64,000 nt of DNA from Octopus sinensis (taxonomy: Eukaryota), in contig NC_043003.1 of the NCBI RefSeq assembly GCF_006345805.1, forward strand, positions 3,782,001 to 3,846,000, given 5' to 3'. The stretch's first letter is position 1. Each line of letters starts with the position of its first letter. The position numbers were made by a program, and so were the translations under genes. The notes beneath the pieces are model-generated. The model was not told the origin of the DNA. It did not search any database and worked only from the letters and a program-made list of their open reading frames with translations. Positions 24,372 to 36,497 of the stretch are shown piece by piece.

Positions 24372-24414
24372 TTGAACGATGTTTCGACATCTCGTCTGTC
24401 TTTTTCAAGTTCAA
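24372..24414 (-). ncRNA. Type I hammerhead motif with U3-A8 covariation and extra A
   Basis: Minus strand TTGAAC TTGAAAA A GACA gacgaga TGTC GAAA CA TC GTTCAA; 6-bp stem I, 16.2 G>A. Confidence 0.7.
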
Positions 24415-25144
24415 AATGTCAAATGAACACAGGAATTCAAAAGATATAGAAATTCAAATTCAAAAATTTTAACAAGGAGATCCAGTGTCTCACTTTGATT
24501 GAATGACGTCATCAGTCTTCAAATTTGCAACTGGCAAAAAAAAAAAAAAGAAAGGAAAAAATAGAGAAAAAAGAATATTTAATCAAACAGTTTTCTATAA
24601 ATTTGATGATATTTTCCTGTCATTTTATTTATTCCATCAGGGCATGATGTTAATGACTCGCAAACATATTCCTCCTCATGCATTTTGAGGACTGAAAGCG
24701 TAGGAGGTTCAGAATATTTTCTGAAAACTTCTACTTTCAGGTTTTTCACAAAATTGCAACCGCTTCGTGTAAAATATTCGGCAAATTCTGTCAAACCGTT
24801 GTTATTGTGTCTGACGTCGAATCTGAATCTTTCGTTTAATTGTTCTGTTGTAGAATTAACATAAATCGTGTTTGGTGCATTCTGTTGCGTACACCAAATG
24901 GGAATCATTACACCTACCATCTCCCTCATGGAATTCACTTGACTCATGTTGTTGCACAATGAACAAGGCCTACCTCTCTTGCAGCTGTTTTTCAAGGTGC
25001 AGCGTGCAGAAGAAGCTCAAATGTTGGGGTTTTTTGGGAGTCAGAAGTAGAGATTAATATTCCTACTAAACTTTTATTGTCGAAAGGCTTCAAGAGGCGG
25101 CTGAGAGAATATTTGCTTCAAACGCGGATATGTTTATACAATAA

Positions 25145-25565
25145 ACTCTTTTACTTGCTTCAGTCATTTGACTGTGGCTATGCTGGAGCACCGCCTTTAG
25201 TCGAGCACATCGACCCCAAAACTTATTCTTTGTAAGCTTTGTACTTATTCTATCGGTCCGTTTTGCCGAACCGCTAAGTTACGGGGACGTAAACACGCCA
25301 GCATCGGTTGTCAAGCGATGTTGGGAGGACAAACACAGACGCACAAACAAACAAACACACACACACACACAAACAAATATATATATATATATACACATAA
25401 ATACGACAGGCTTCTTTCAGTTTCCGTCTACCAGTCCACTCACAAGGCTTTGGTCGGCCCGAGGCTATAGCAGAAGACACTTGTCCAAGGTTCCACGCAG
25501 TGGGAATGAACCTGGAACCATGTGGTTGGTAAGCAAGCTACTTTACCACGCAGCCACTCCTACGC
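25145..25565 (-). mobile_element. SINE family B inserted in the PLE
   Basis: Full B sequence on the minus strand. Confidence 0.9.
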
Positions 25566-28500
25566 CTATAATTTCATGTAACACTTTTGAAATGCCAGCA
25601 ACATTTCGGCGGTGCCAGTTAATCACTGAAGGAATTCTGTCACACATTTTACTTTGTTTGCTAAAAGTATGCCTGAAAGTTTCCCTTTCTTTGCTAATCT
25701 TAGTCATGTCATTCGCGATTCCCTTTAATCATGATTCACTGTAACTGTGTTTGGCATAATGACTTACAAAAGCATTTGCTTGTTTTCAGCAATCCCCTTC
25801 ATCAGTACAAATCCATTTTATCTTCAAAAATTAGTATTTCGGATTTGACCGAATAATATGATGTGGATGATCGGGGCGGCGGTGGAGGCAAAAGTGGGAT
25901 GACGTCGGCTTCCCAAATAACTCTGTTATTATTCTGCCTCCAGAAAACTTAACCTTTACGTTCCAAAACTCAACGCTAGTTTTTGAAAAGCTAGACGTAA
26001 ATTTTATGCTGATTTTAAAACCATAGTTTTTAGAGTAACAGTCACAGAAATGCAAGAAGTTAAACTATCCTGTGATCATCACTGAACCGTAACCAGAGTA
26101 TTGGTTCATGACCATGTATGGATTTGAATATCTTCAGTAACTGTGTCTCGAATTTCGTCATGAAGACATTAGTGAAATTAAATTCCAAGGGGGGTACCCA
26201 TGGCACAATCCCTCGCCTGCTGGTAAAAGTTTTGTCCAAACTTCATTCTGTTACTTTGTTACTCAAATTTCAATAACTTACAGAGAAACTTAGACGGAAC
26301 ACTTTGTTTGGCCGTTTTTCGCAGGTATTCATGTATGTTTCCACCTACTCGTCGTGGTCAGTTTTGGTGGAAAATAGTGAAAAAAAAAAAACATCCATAG
26401 TTACCAAAAACAGTTTTCGACATTACTTCGGTGCTTAGAAAAGTTGTAACTTCTGGACACAAAATTAAAAGTATCCCGAATATAGAAACTTGATCTTTTT
26501 TTTACATGGAGTAGAAAGCCAACCAACCACTCCGAAATTTTGGCTGTATAACATTCATATCCGCTGCAAATTGGGCGCATTGGAGGAAATTCTTGTGTAT
26601 TTTTGTGTATTTTAGGGAGACCATAAAATACAGGTATTCTCCTTTCTGACCATAAAATCCTTGATTTGGCCTTAATGAAATTATTTTCTCCATTTCCAGA
26701 ATTATTTTGTCAAGTTCCTCTCTGTAACTGGGGTTTGGCTCGACAGGTAATTCTTCATATGAAGTTTTGTCACTTAAAACTTCTTCACAAGCCGAGATAT
26801 ACTCACTCTTGTCCATAATTACAATAACGCCTCCTTTACCTGCCATTTTAATAACAATAGAACCATTATTAGTTAGACGACGGAGTGCAAAACTCTGGGA
26901 ATTTGTGAGGTTATTCTAGGGTTTCTTTCCACTCGTTTTAAGGTCTCTCCTAATACCAGTCTGACAAGATTCAAGAAATTCAAGAAGTGCTTGAGATCGT
27001 CCATTCCGAACTTTATCTGGATACCAGTTGGGATTCGTTTCAATCCAATTATGCCAGATTCTGTCATCATCATTTTTATTTTCAGTAAACATAGGGTTTT
27101 CTGACTCCTCGTTATCATTATTTTCCAAAAAATATTCCTTCAGCTTGTGACGGCGGACAGACTGGAATAACCCTTGAACTAGTTTTTATATATTTTTGTC
27201 GAAATTCTTAGTGCTTGGACCGAAACTCAGTCCAAGCTTTAAAGACAGAAATATCGTCCAGTGAAAGTTTTAGCTTTGATAAATTTATAACCGATTTATT
27301 CTCTAGTGTGAAGCCTTGGGCAAGTGGTTTTCAGAGTTTTACTTTTTGGGCTTTGCTCGAAATCTGCACTTAAAACATGGAATGTTCATATGAAAAGTCA
27401 CAATGTTTAGTCGTCTTTCTTGGAGTAATCCATTTCTAGGTGGGTGATAGAAAGTGAGTGACTTCTGTGGTTTTTGTAGGCATTTGAAAAACCTTTGCTT
27501 TCAGGAAAGGAACAAATTTTCTGGTCTCCATGAAAAATTTTGAATGCGTTTGCATTTTTGACTGATCAAATAAAAATTTCTCTGGAGACTTTCCAATGGT
27601 CAGTTCAAATGCATGCACCAGAGCAAAAAGACCACAGTCATACGCACCAACTTGGGGATGAGCAATATGAACTTGTTGAACTGTAGGAATTATGTTTGTT
27701 GGTGGAAAGTACAGCGTTGTTATCTAGGCTGTTAGTTCTTATCTTGCCGGTAAGTTCAAACTGTCATAAACACAGACATCTCCGAAAAAATTGGTTGACA
27801 AAATAAAATGACTGTTTTCGGTATGATGGATAAACAATGTGCGGTGTGGACTGTATGTTAGAAATTTCGTGAGAAAAAATGGTAGGTTGTATTGGAATTT
27901 CAGGAGAATTTTCCTCTATGACTCTCAATAATTTTGTCACATAACGTTTGTCCCGAAATTAAAAATGACTTCTCATATTTCAAATCAGACATTCTCAGCC
28001 AAAATGTCCCTTTGCTCGTTGGCTCAGAGGAACAGGAAGTCAACTTTTTTCAGCTTCGTTCTCTTTTTTGTCGTCTTCAGAGACGAAATTTTCTTTTCTT
28101 CAAAGTTCATCAGACAGTTACACAACTAACTGAAACAATTTTTAGAAGAACATACTTGTTGAAGGTTACTCAAATTCTTCTTAATGTCTGTCCCAAGCGA
28201 TATTAATTTTGAACGATAGTGTTGTATAATAGCCTCCATTATGTGAAATTAATTTCCCTCACTTATAATTTGAACTTCTGAAGCAATGAATCGTCATTGA
28301 TGCAGACATTGGTGTATATTATGTAAGACCTTCAGGTATAATCTGTTGTCGTCTGCATGTATCCAGAAATGATAAATGGCTTTTGATTTTAGCGCGAAAA
28401 CGATTAAGTTTTTAACCGATAAAAATGTCGGCTTCTCATTTTGTGATTCGTATTTGAATGGTACAAAATCTGTCGGCCCACGATTGTACTCAACACTGGG

Positions 28501-28689
28501 TTTTAGCAAAAATAACAGGACTGGCAAGCCAACTGTGAGAAGGAATAAAACGCACAAGCTGTAATCTATATTACGGTTTTCCTTAGATACCCGACTGTTT
28601 AGGTAACGTCCAGAATTTCTAAATGTTCCAATACTTATTTTGTGTAACATAAATCGATCATTGAGGTGATTGATTTTATGTTATACCGA

Positions 28690-29090
28690 ATAAGAATTGG
28701 AACATTTACACTTTGCTCCACGTCTCCACTGCCGCCATTCATTTCTCTGTCCTTGCTGTTATTTGCTGGTGAAATATTATCCCTGTTTTCTATTTTCCCT
28801 TTTGTCTCTTCAATTTCAATGTCCGTTAACCGCCCTTTGGTTCTCATTGCTCCTGCCTGGTCGGCTGAACCGTTGCTCACGTATTTTCATTGCATTTTGC
28901 TTTCATGCGTTGTCGGAACCCCCTTCTGCTGGGTTCACTTCTCATCCAGCATTCAATTATCGCTCGCCTTGCTTCCTTATCCCACTTTCTTCTCTGCCTC
29001 TGACTTTCAGTATAAACTAGAAGTAACATTGAACAGCCATGCTGATGATCTGGCGATTAACTTTACTTGTTAGTGTAGTTACTACTCTGA
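28690..29090 (-). pseudogene. N-terminal fragment of a Dong/R4-type LINE ORF
   Basis: IECWMRSEPSRRGFRQRM..EQR.ADQAGAMRTKGRLTDIEIEE, resembling the R4/Dong N-terminus from memory. Confidence 0.6.
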
Positions 29091-29134
29091 TCTCTTCTTG
29101 AGATTTTACTTTTCTTATAACACACACACACACA

Positions 29135-29173
<39 letters not shown>

Positions 29174-29189
29174 ACACGTATGTATGCGA

Positions 29190-29334
29190 ACTTTATTAAT
29201 AAAGATGCGAAGACATCGCAAAAACGTTTCCGTTCGTCGGACAGTTTCGATGGACAACAAAACTGTCCGACGAACGGGAACGTGAAACTCTGAGTAACTG
29301 TTTTTTGCGATGTCTTTGCAGCTTTATTAATAAA
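29190..29334. repeat. Inverted junction of a PLE-type terminal repeat; the left arm has an internal deletion
   Basis: ctttattaataaag..gacatcgcaaaa..cgttcgtcggacagttt versus its reverse complement across a roughly 13-nt spacer. Confidence 0.85.
29259..29304 (+). ncRNA. Minimal type I hammerhead motif, U4C variant, same family as 15696
   Basis: AAAACTGT CCGACGA ACG ggaa CGT GAAA CTCtGAG TA ACtGTTTT. Confidence 0.7.
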
Positions 29335-29407
29335 GCATATTACTCTACCGCCGGTATTCGAGTACTATTTTTTCCTATCTTGTTTTACATTTATGTGCTC
29401 ACTCTGG

Positions 29408-29480
<73 letters not shown>

Positions 29481-29790
29481 ATACATACATGGTGGTTGCC
29501 TCCTCGTTATCGAGTATGGCCATTGCACAAAGCTTAATCAATGTTGTTATCGTGCAATGCCTGTGCAAGAAGATTTTTTTAAAGTGAGGAAAGGCTGTGC
29601 ACTGAGTCAATCCCACTCATTAAGCAACAGCAGCCATAATCCGAAAAGAAGAACAAGTCAACATCATCGGTAACCACTGAGCCGCAAGTTTTATGTCGGA
29701 GTTATCCCAGTTACTTGAGTTACCTTCTCCTAGAAGGATGACCTAACAATCACACACATACATACATACACGCACGCGCACACACATACG

Positions 29791-29821
<31 letters not shown>

Positions 29822-29859
29822 GCAAACACACACACACAGACACACACACACAGACACAC

Positions 29860-30050
29860 ACAGGCGCTGGCGTAGTTATGAGGTAAGAAGTTTACCTCCC
29901 AACCATATGATCGCTGGTTCAGTCCCACCGCATGGTACCTTGGGCCAGTATCTTCTGTTATAGCATCGGACCCGCTGATGCATGAGACTGGATTTGGAAG
30001 ACGGAAGCCGAAATAATGTGTGTATATTTGTGTGTATGAGTATGTGTGAA
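29860..30050 (+). mobile_element. SINE family B 5' part, near-identical inverted twin of 32240-32422
   Basis: Shares private substitutions and the flanking CA tract. Confidence 0.88.
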
Positions 30051-30342
30051 GGCTAGGAGTCCTTCACTCCCAATGGTTTAACTGCGCGATCGGGTATTCA
30101 GTCCGATTATTTCTATGTCCCTGCGCATGATACAGCCTTAAGACATTTATTGGATGGCCATTGACTCTCAAGAGTTCCTCCGCCCTTTGACGGGTCTTGT
30201 TTTTCATCCCGCAGGGTGTCCAGTAAACACCCTCCTCACCAAGCAAGCTTGGTGGCGTTGCCGGTTTAGTCGCCCACGACCCGACCATGCAACAGGTTGT
30301 ACTGGGTTACATGTTACCAGTAGCACTCGAAAGTGACCTGAC
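30050..30342 (-). mobile_element. GC-rich retroelement fragment, possibly an RTE-type 5' UTR
   Basis: GC-rich, repeat-like, truncates SINE B; no confident ORF. Confidence 0.35.
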
Positions 30343-30361
30343 ACATATACATACATACATA

Positions 30362-30392
<31 letters not shown>

Positions 30393-30456
30393 CCACACAC
30401 ACACACACACAACACACACACACACACACACACATATATGTATATATATATATATA

Positions 30457-31764
30457 TTAACAATTAAGGAACGGCCATAATAGGCCATTCCCACTAGAAA
30501 TACAGCCAAAGCTTCTACCGCAATAAAGATTAATTCCGTAAACAGGAGAAAATTAAAAAAACATTACCCTGTAATTTCTTGTACGGTATACCGTTTCATC
30601 CGCTGTTTAATGGTATACTAACCTGATTAAATTAAATCAAGCCAATCTTCCATAAGCCCTCGGATTCTTCAGCAAGAAATAGCTCAAGACGGAACAGATA
30701 TATACACGAGGCATACCCAATCTTGCCAAGTCAATATCTGACCTAAAATTTTCAAATCGTCGCACTCGCGCCAAATTTATCGGCAGCAAATAAATATCAG
30801 CCGTCGATTCCATTACGGAATTAACCAAAAAATTCATAATTAATCAATATAGGGTGGCAAGGAAATTTTGTAGAATTTTATTGCCACCAGCGGCCCAGCG
30901 GGAAAAAAAATTAAATAGTCATAGACCATTTTTAAGTTCAACATTAACAATTAAGGAACGGCCATAATAGGCCATTCACCCACTAGAATAACAGCCAAGC
31001 TTCTACCGCAAATAAAGATTAATTCCGTAAACAGGAGAAAATTAAAAAAAAAAAATTAAAAAAACATTTACTGTTTTTTTAATTTTCTCTGTTTACGGAA
31101 TAATCTTTATTTGCGGTAGAAGCTTGGCTGTTATTTCTAGTGTGAATGCCTATTATGGCCGTTCCTTAATTGTTAATGTTGAACTTAAAAATGGTCTATG
31201 ACTATTTAATTTTTTTCCGCTGGGCCGCTGGTGGCAATAAAATTCTACAAAATTTTCCTTGCCACCCTATATTGATTAATTATGAATTTTTTGGTTATTC
31301 CGTAATGGAATCGACGGCTGATATTTATTTGCTGCCGATAAATTTGGCGCGAGTGCGACGATTTGAAAATTTTAGGTCAGATATTGACTTGGCAAGATTG
31401 GGTATGCCTCGTGTATATATCTGTTCCGTCTTGAGCTATTTCTTGCTGAAGAATCCGAGGGCTTATGGAAGATTGGCTGATTTAATTTAATCAGGTAGAT
31501 ACCATTAAACAGCGGATGAAACGGTATACCGTACAAGAAATTACAGGGTAAATGTTTTTAATTTTCTCCTGTTTACGGAATTAATCTTTATTTGCGGTAG
31601 AAGCTTGGCTGTTATTTCTAGTGGGTGAATGGCCTATTATGGCCGTTCCTTAATTGTTAATGTTGAACTTAAAAATGGTCTATGACTATTAATTTTTTTC
31701 CCGCGGGCCGCTGGTGGCAATAAAATTCTACAAAATTTTCCTTGCCACCCTATATTGATTAATT
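30457..31764. repeat. 1.3-kb palindrome built from a 480-487-bp tandem unit (about 1.25 units then about 1.44 units inverted), centre about 31069
   Basis: ttaacaattaagg at 30457 and 30944; aattttctc at 31081 and 31560; arms reverse complementary. Confidence 0.93.
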
Positions 31765-31769
31765 ATATA

Positions 31770-31814
<45 letters not shown>

Positions 31815-32029
31815 ATATTATATATGTATACATATATATATAATATATGTATAAAAATATATATAAAAATAAAAATGGGACAAGAACGCAAAACACTCAA
31901 AGAGACGACACAAAAAACGGACGGGTCATTCGAAGCCTCTAATCTTCAGTCAAGAACCGGATCATCCTCGCAATTTCGGCTGATTAATCTTGTATATATA
32001 AACACACACACACATATATATAATCTTTT

Positions 32030-32422
32030 TCTTGTTTCGGTGATTAGACTGCAGCAATGCTGGGGAACAGCCTTGAAGAGTTTTACTCAAAGGAATCGAT
32101 CCTTCGATTCTCGGAGGAATCGATCTTTTGACGAAACGCTAAGTTATGGGAACGTAAACAAACCAACACCAGCTGTCCAGCTGTGGTAGGGAAAAAACAC
32201 AAACACAAAGGAAAACACACACAAACGCACGCACGCACGCACACACATACACACTCATACACACATTATTTCGGCTTCCGTCTTCCAAATCCAGTCTCAA
32301 GGCATCAGCGGGTCCGATGCTATAACAGAAGATACTGGCCCAAGGTACCATGCGGTGGGACTGAACCAGCGATCATATGGTTGGGAGGTAAACTTCTTAC
32401 TTCATAACTATGCCAGCGCCTG
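32030..32422 (-). mobile_element. SINE family B, full length
   Basis: Colinear with the B consensus. Confidence 0.85.
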
Positions 32423-33017
32423 TGTGTGTCTGTGTGTGTGTGTCTGTGTGTGTGTGTTTGCGTGCGTGTGTGTTGTGTGTGTGTGCGTGTGTGCGCGTGC
32501 GTGCATGTGTGTGTATGTGTGTGCATGTGCGTGTGTGTATGTGTGTGCGCGTGCGTGCGTGTGTGTATGTGTGCGTGTGTGTATGTGTGTGTGTGTATAT
32601 GTGTGTGTGTGAGTGTGAGAGAGAGGGACAGGTAGATAAAAAAGAAAGAAAGAGCTGGAGTGCGAGCGCATGCGTGAATTACAGGTTATTTTTCAGTTTG
32701 AGCAACAAAATTAATGTTTTCTGCACAAAAGAATTCCAAAAATCAACGAATTCCGAAAGTCTTAGAGTCACAGTTGAATGAATCTTTTGAACCTCAACTT
32801 GTTAGCGACAATCTCAGCAACAGCGGTGAACTGTACCGTAAATAGGGAAGAGCTGGGATATCTACGTGGTCAGGTCCAGGGTCCGGAGCAATTTCAGTTG
32901 AAAGTTTACCGTTAAATGAGATACAAAACCTCATGGAACAATACAGTTCTATATTTCAGAGATGAGGAATTATGTACATTATTTACATTATTTACATTTG
33001 ATGGATGTTTGTTGTTA

Positions 33018-33061
33018 ACACAACGTTTCGGCTGATATACTCTCCAGCCTTCATCAGGTGT
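33018..33061 (-). ncRNA. Minimal type I hammerhead with canonical core, in a short repeat spanning about 32915-33110
   Basis: Minus strand ACAC CTGATGA A GGCTG gagagtatat CAGCC GAAA CG TT GTGT. Confidence 0.85.
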
Positions 33062-33289
33062 CTTGGGGAAATTTTGAACCTGGGTTCTCATTCCTAAGGT
33101 ATTTTTCGATTTTATTATTATTATCATTGTTGTTGTTGTTGTTATTATTATTATTATTCAGGTCCCTGCCTGGAATCGAACTCATCCAGCTATCATTCCC
33201 TCCACCCATCCCTCCATCCTCCCTCCCTCCCTCCTGCCACCCACCCTTCCCTCTCTCCCTCCCTCCCTCCTGGTTGAGTTCTTAGGCAC

Positions 33290-33905
33290 CTCCTCTGCAA
33301 TAAAAGCACCCATCGTTAGACACTCTGGTTGCATTCCCAAACGTTCCCTACTGAGACTAGGATTCTTATCCAGCCATTTCGTTCTTGGTCTCCCACCCCC
33401 ACGCCCCACCCCGTCTCCTGCCGTTTGGCCCCGCTTGAAGTATCCGTCTTGCGATTCTTTCCCGCGACATTCAAATCACGCGTTTGTTGTGCAGAAAAAG
33501 TGACAGCTCGACCTCGTGGGACTCCCAGGTCTCTGACCTGGACACCCTGTCGAGTAACGGTACTCCAGAGATCCTTCAGAGGAACCCCATTCCGGCCCCT
33601 TGCATTCGCGATGGTACTCTTTCGGTCCTTACCCAACATTTATGATCACAGGTAAAGATAGGCACGAAAACCGAATTGAATATAACGAGTTTGGGTCTTG
33701 TACGAACCTGCGACCCTCTCCTCTTCTGAAGATCGAATCGGAGCATCACGGAACCAATTCTTTCAAATGTTATAATGACATACAAAAAAAAAAAAACAAC
33801 AAAAAAGGAATTCTTTGCTGGCTGTGGAAGTAGGGTCAGAAAAAAGAGATAATTGGTCCCTAAACAGGTCCACACGAGAGCGAAAGTCGGAGTTTTGCAC
33901 AGAGA
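33290..33905 (-). pseudogene. RTE-clade LINE 3' fragment
   Basis: IFNSVFVPIFT..H.CWVRTERVPSRMQGAGMGFL..GRPRTKW.D..LSRERLGM. Confidence 0.8.
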
Positions 33906-34062
33906 TTATATTATAGGCGCAGGAGTGGCTGTGTGGTTCCGGGTTCAGTCCCACTGCGTGGCACCTTGGGCAAGTGTCTTCTGCTATAGCCCCGGGCCGA
34001 CCAATGCCTTGTGAGTGGATTTGGTAGACGGAAACCGAAAGAAGCCTGTCGTATATATATAT

Positions 34063-34162
34063 NNNNNNNNNNNNNNNNNNNNNNNNNNNNNNNNNNNNNN
34101 NNNNNNNNNNNNNNNNNNNNNNNNNNNNNNNNNNNNNNNNNNNNNNNNNNNNNNNNNNNNNN
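34063..34162. other. Assembly gap (100 N)
   Basis: Direct inspection. Confidence 1.
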
Positions 34163-34431
34163 CAATGAGATAAAAAAAAACCCAGACGATACATGTTGAT
34201 TTTATAAGGTGTTTCTGTTTATTTACAAACCTACAATGAACAGGTCAGACGCTACATTTCACAGCTGACACCGCTCCGCTAAACGAAGAAAATCTCCGTC
34301 TCGCTATTGGCTAAAAATACCCAGTTTTTTCGATTTTTAAACCTCTGTAACTTTTTCCTCCGATTTTTTTTTCTCCACAACATCATACCTTCAAAACAAT
34401 GAGACTAAAATGCTACATTATTATAACCCAA

Positions 34432-34829
34432 CTAGCAGTATCGCCCGGCGTTGCTCGGGTTTGTAAGGGAAATAACTATATAAGCATTTTTAGAGAGTTA
34501 TAGCCAAAACATATAAAAAAAACGCATTAAAAATGGAAAAAAATTATGGTAAATTTTTTTTTTAAATAGTTGACTCATCGTAGACATTTTAGAGAGTTAC
34601 TTCCCTTATATAATAGCGAAAAAATGCATTAAAATGGAAAAAATGATGGTAATTTTTTTTTAAATCGTAGACTCATCGTAGACGCGCGCTAATACCAGAA
34701 GGGCTCGATATGAATCACGACTATAAGATACCCGGTTTTGGTTAACTGCACCGCAAAATGGGGTGGGAGTATTAGGAATCTAAATCGTAGGAGACAGACA
34801 GCACACAACCTCACTTTTATATATAAAGA
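34432..34829 (-). mobile_element. Complete non-autonomous Helitron (398 bp)
   Basis: A|TC 5' end, subterminal hairpin, CTAG|T 3' end. Confidence 0.9.
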
Positions 34830-35189
34830 TATTCAGATTTTTCAACAGAAAAGCGTATTTTGCGAATGAAAAAGGACTCGATCCCTTTACACTACATCTC
34901 CTGTAAAAGCTGTGAAAGTGTTGATATTTCATTGTTATAGATGTTTAACACTCCCCACAGCTGCAATGGGAGACCCACCATCTGTAACTGCAAGAGATTT
35001 CGCTCAACAGTAATAACTGAAGACCCTTCACTGACGATGCTACGCTTCAACAGAGAACACTTGCCGCATAGCGGGAAACACGGATCTGTGACTTCTCCCG
35101 TCTGTCTTGCATGTTCCATGTGCCTGAAAGTAGGAAAGGGTTTCATCGTTACTATTTAGCACATCCTTGTGGGTTAGTCAACTATGTGC

Positions 35190-35220
<31 letters not shown>

Positions 35221-35271
35221 ACACACACACACACACACACTCTCACACACACACACTCACACACACACACA

Positions 35272-35670
35272 TCTTTATATATAAAAGTGAGGTTGTGTGC
35301 TGTCTGTCTCCTACGATTTAGATTTCTAACTACTCCCACATTTTGCGGTGCAGTTTAACCAAAACCGGGTATCTTATAGTCGTGATTCATATCGAGCCCT
35401 TCTGGGTATTAGCGCGCGTCTACGATGAGTCTACGATTTTACCATCAATTTACCATCAATTTTTCCCATTTTTAATGCATTTTTGGCATATATAAGGGAA
35501 GTAACTCTCTAAAAATTTATTATTAAATCTCAGAACGTAAAAAGCTACAGTAACACCCCCCCCCCTTTGTGGTTAACCATATTGAGATGGCTATTATACA
35601 TTACATCTCTAAAAATGCTTATATAGTTATTTCCCTTACAAACCCGAGCAACGCCGGGCGATACTGCTAG
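35272..35670 (+). mobile_element. Complete non-autonomous Helitron (399 bp), same family
   Basis: A|TCTTTATATATAAAAG...CCCGAGCAACGCCGGGCGATACTGCTAG|T. Confidence 0.92.
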
Positions 35671-36085
35671 TATATATATATATATATATACCTATTCGCT
35701 AGACGAGCGCAAGGGTTTAATGAAAGAGACGCCTGTTCTGCAGACTCACTCTCTCGTTCTCATACAATGTTTCTTGGTGGCAAGACAAAGTCAAGATATC
35801 TGAGCTTGTATGAAAATGTAGGAGATTGTGTCAAAATGACTGAAGCGATCCCCAGACCTTTTAGTTCGTGTTCATAAAACATTGCTCCAAACGTGTGTCC
35901 TGCATTTTACATTCAAACACTGCGTTCTTGTATGTTACCATCTGCATCGGTTGACTCCAGTGGCCAGCTGTCGCCATCTTCGAAGCTGCCGATTCCTTCC
36001 ACGTCTCATTTAAATGAAATATTAACATGCCACTAAAAACACACACACACACATACACAGACACAGACAGACACACGCAGATACA

Positions 36086-36127
<42 letters not shown>

Positions 36128-36420
36128 TGCTCCATACGTTTAGTACAAATGGGCCGGAAAAACGAAGTTATACTTTCATGTCCGGTATTTATAACAATTG
36201 AGGTCGCATTAAATTCCACGGGGAAAACTTTAACTAGTCGTTTGTATACACTTACATATGTACATATATAAATACATATGTACATATACACACACTTACA
36301 TGCGTTTACATATATACACACACATAAATGTAAACACAAGTTCATATATTTACGTACGTAAATACATATGTACTACGGATGTATTTTATATAAATATGTA
36401 AATATATATATATATACATA

Positions 36421-36494
<74 letters not shown>

Positions 36495-36497
<3 letters not shown>

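Larger units (their letters stand above)
24370..28650 (-). mobile_element. Near full-length degenerate Penelope-like element (RT plus C-terminal GIY-YIG, Neptune-like)
   Basis: GKGGVIVIMDKSEY..LSDK.SY; CAMGTP; KPT..LH...HP.H; C..CSLC linker and endonuclease remnant ending PDGIN; many stops; hammerhead at the 3' end. Confidence 0.85.

Noticed and set aside
31170-31490. 106-aa ORF in the palindrome
   Set aside because: No recognisable motifs, alternative start codon, and the frame is not preserved between the copies.
34830-35271. Cys-containing ORFs in the spacer between the Helitrons
   Set aside because: Short, no recognisable domain, and splice signals are ambiguous.
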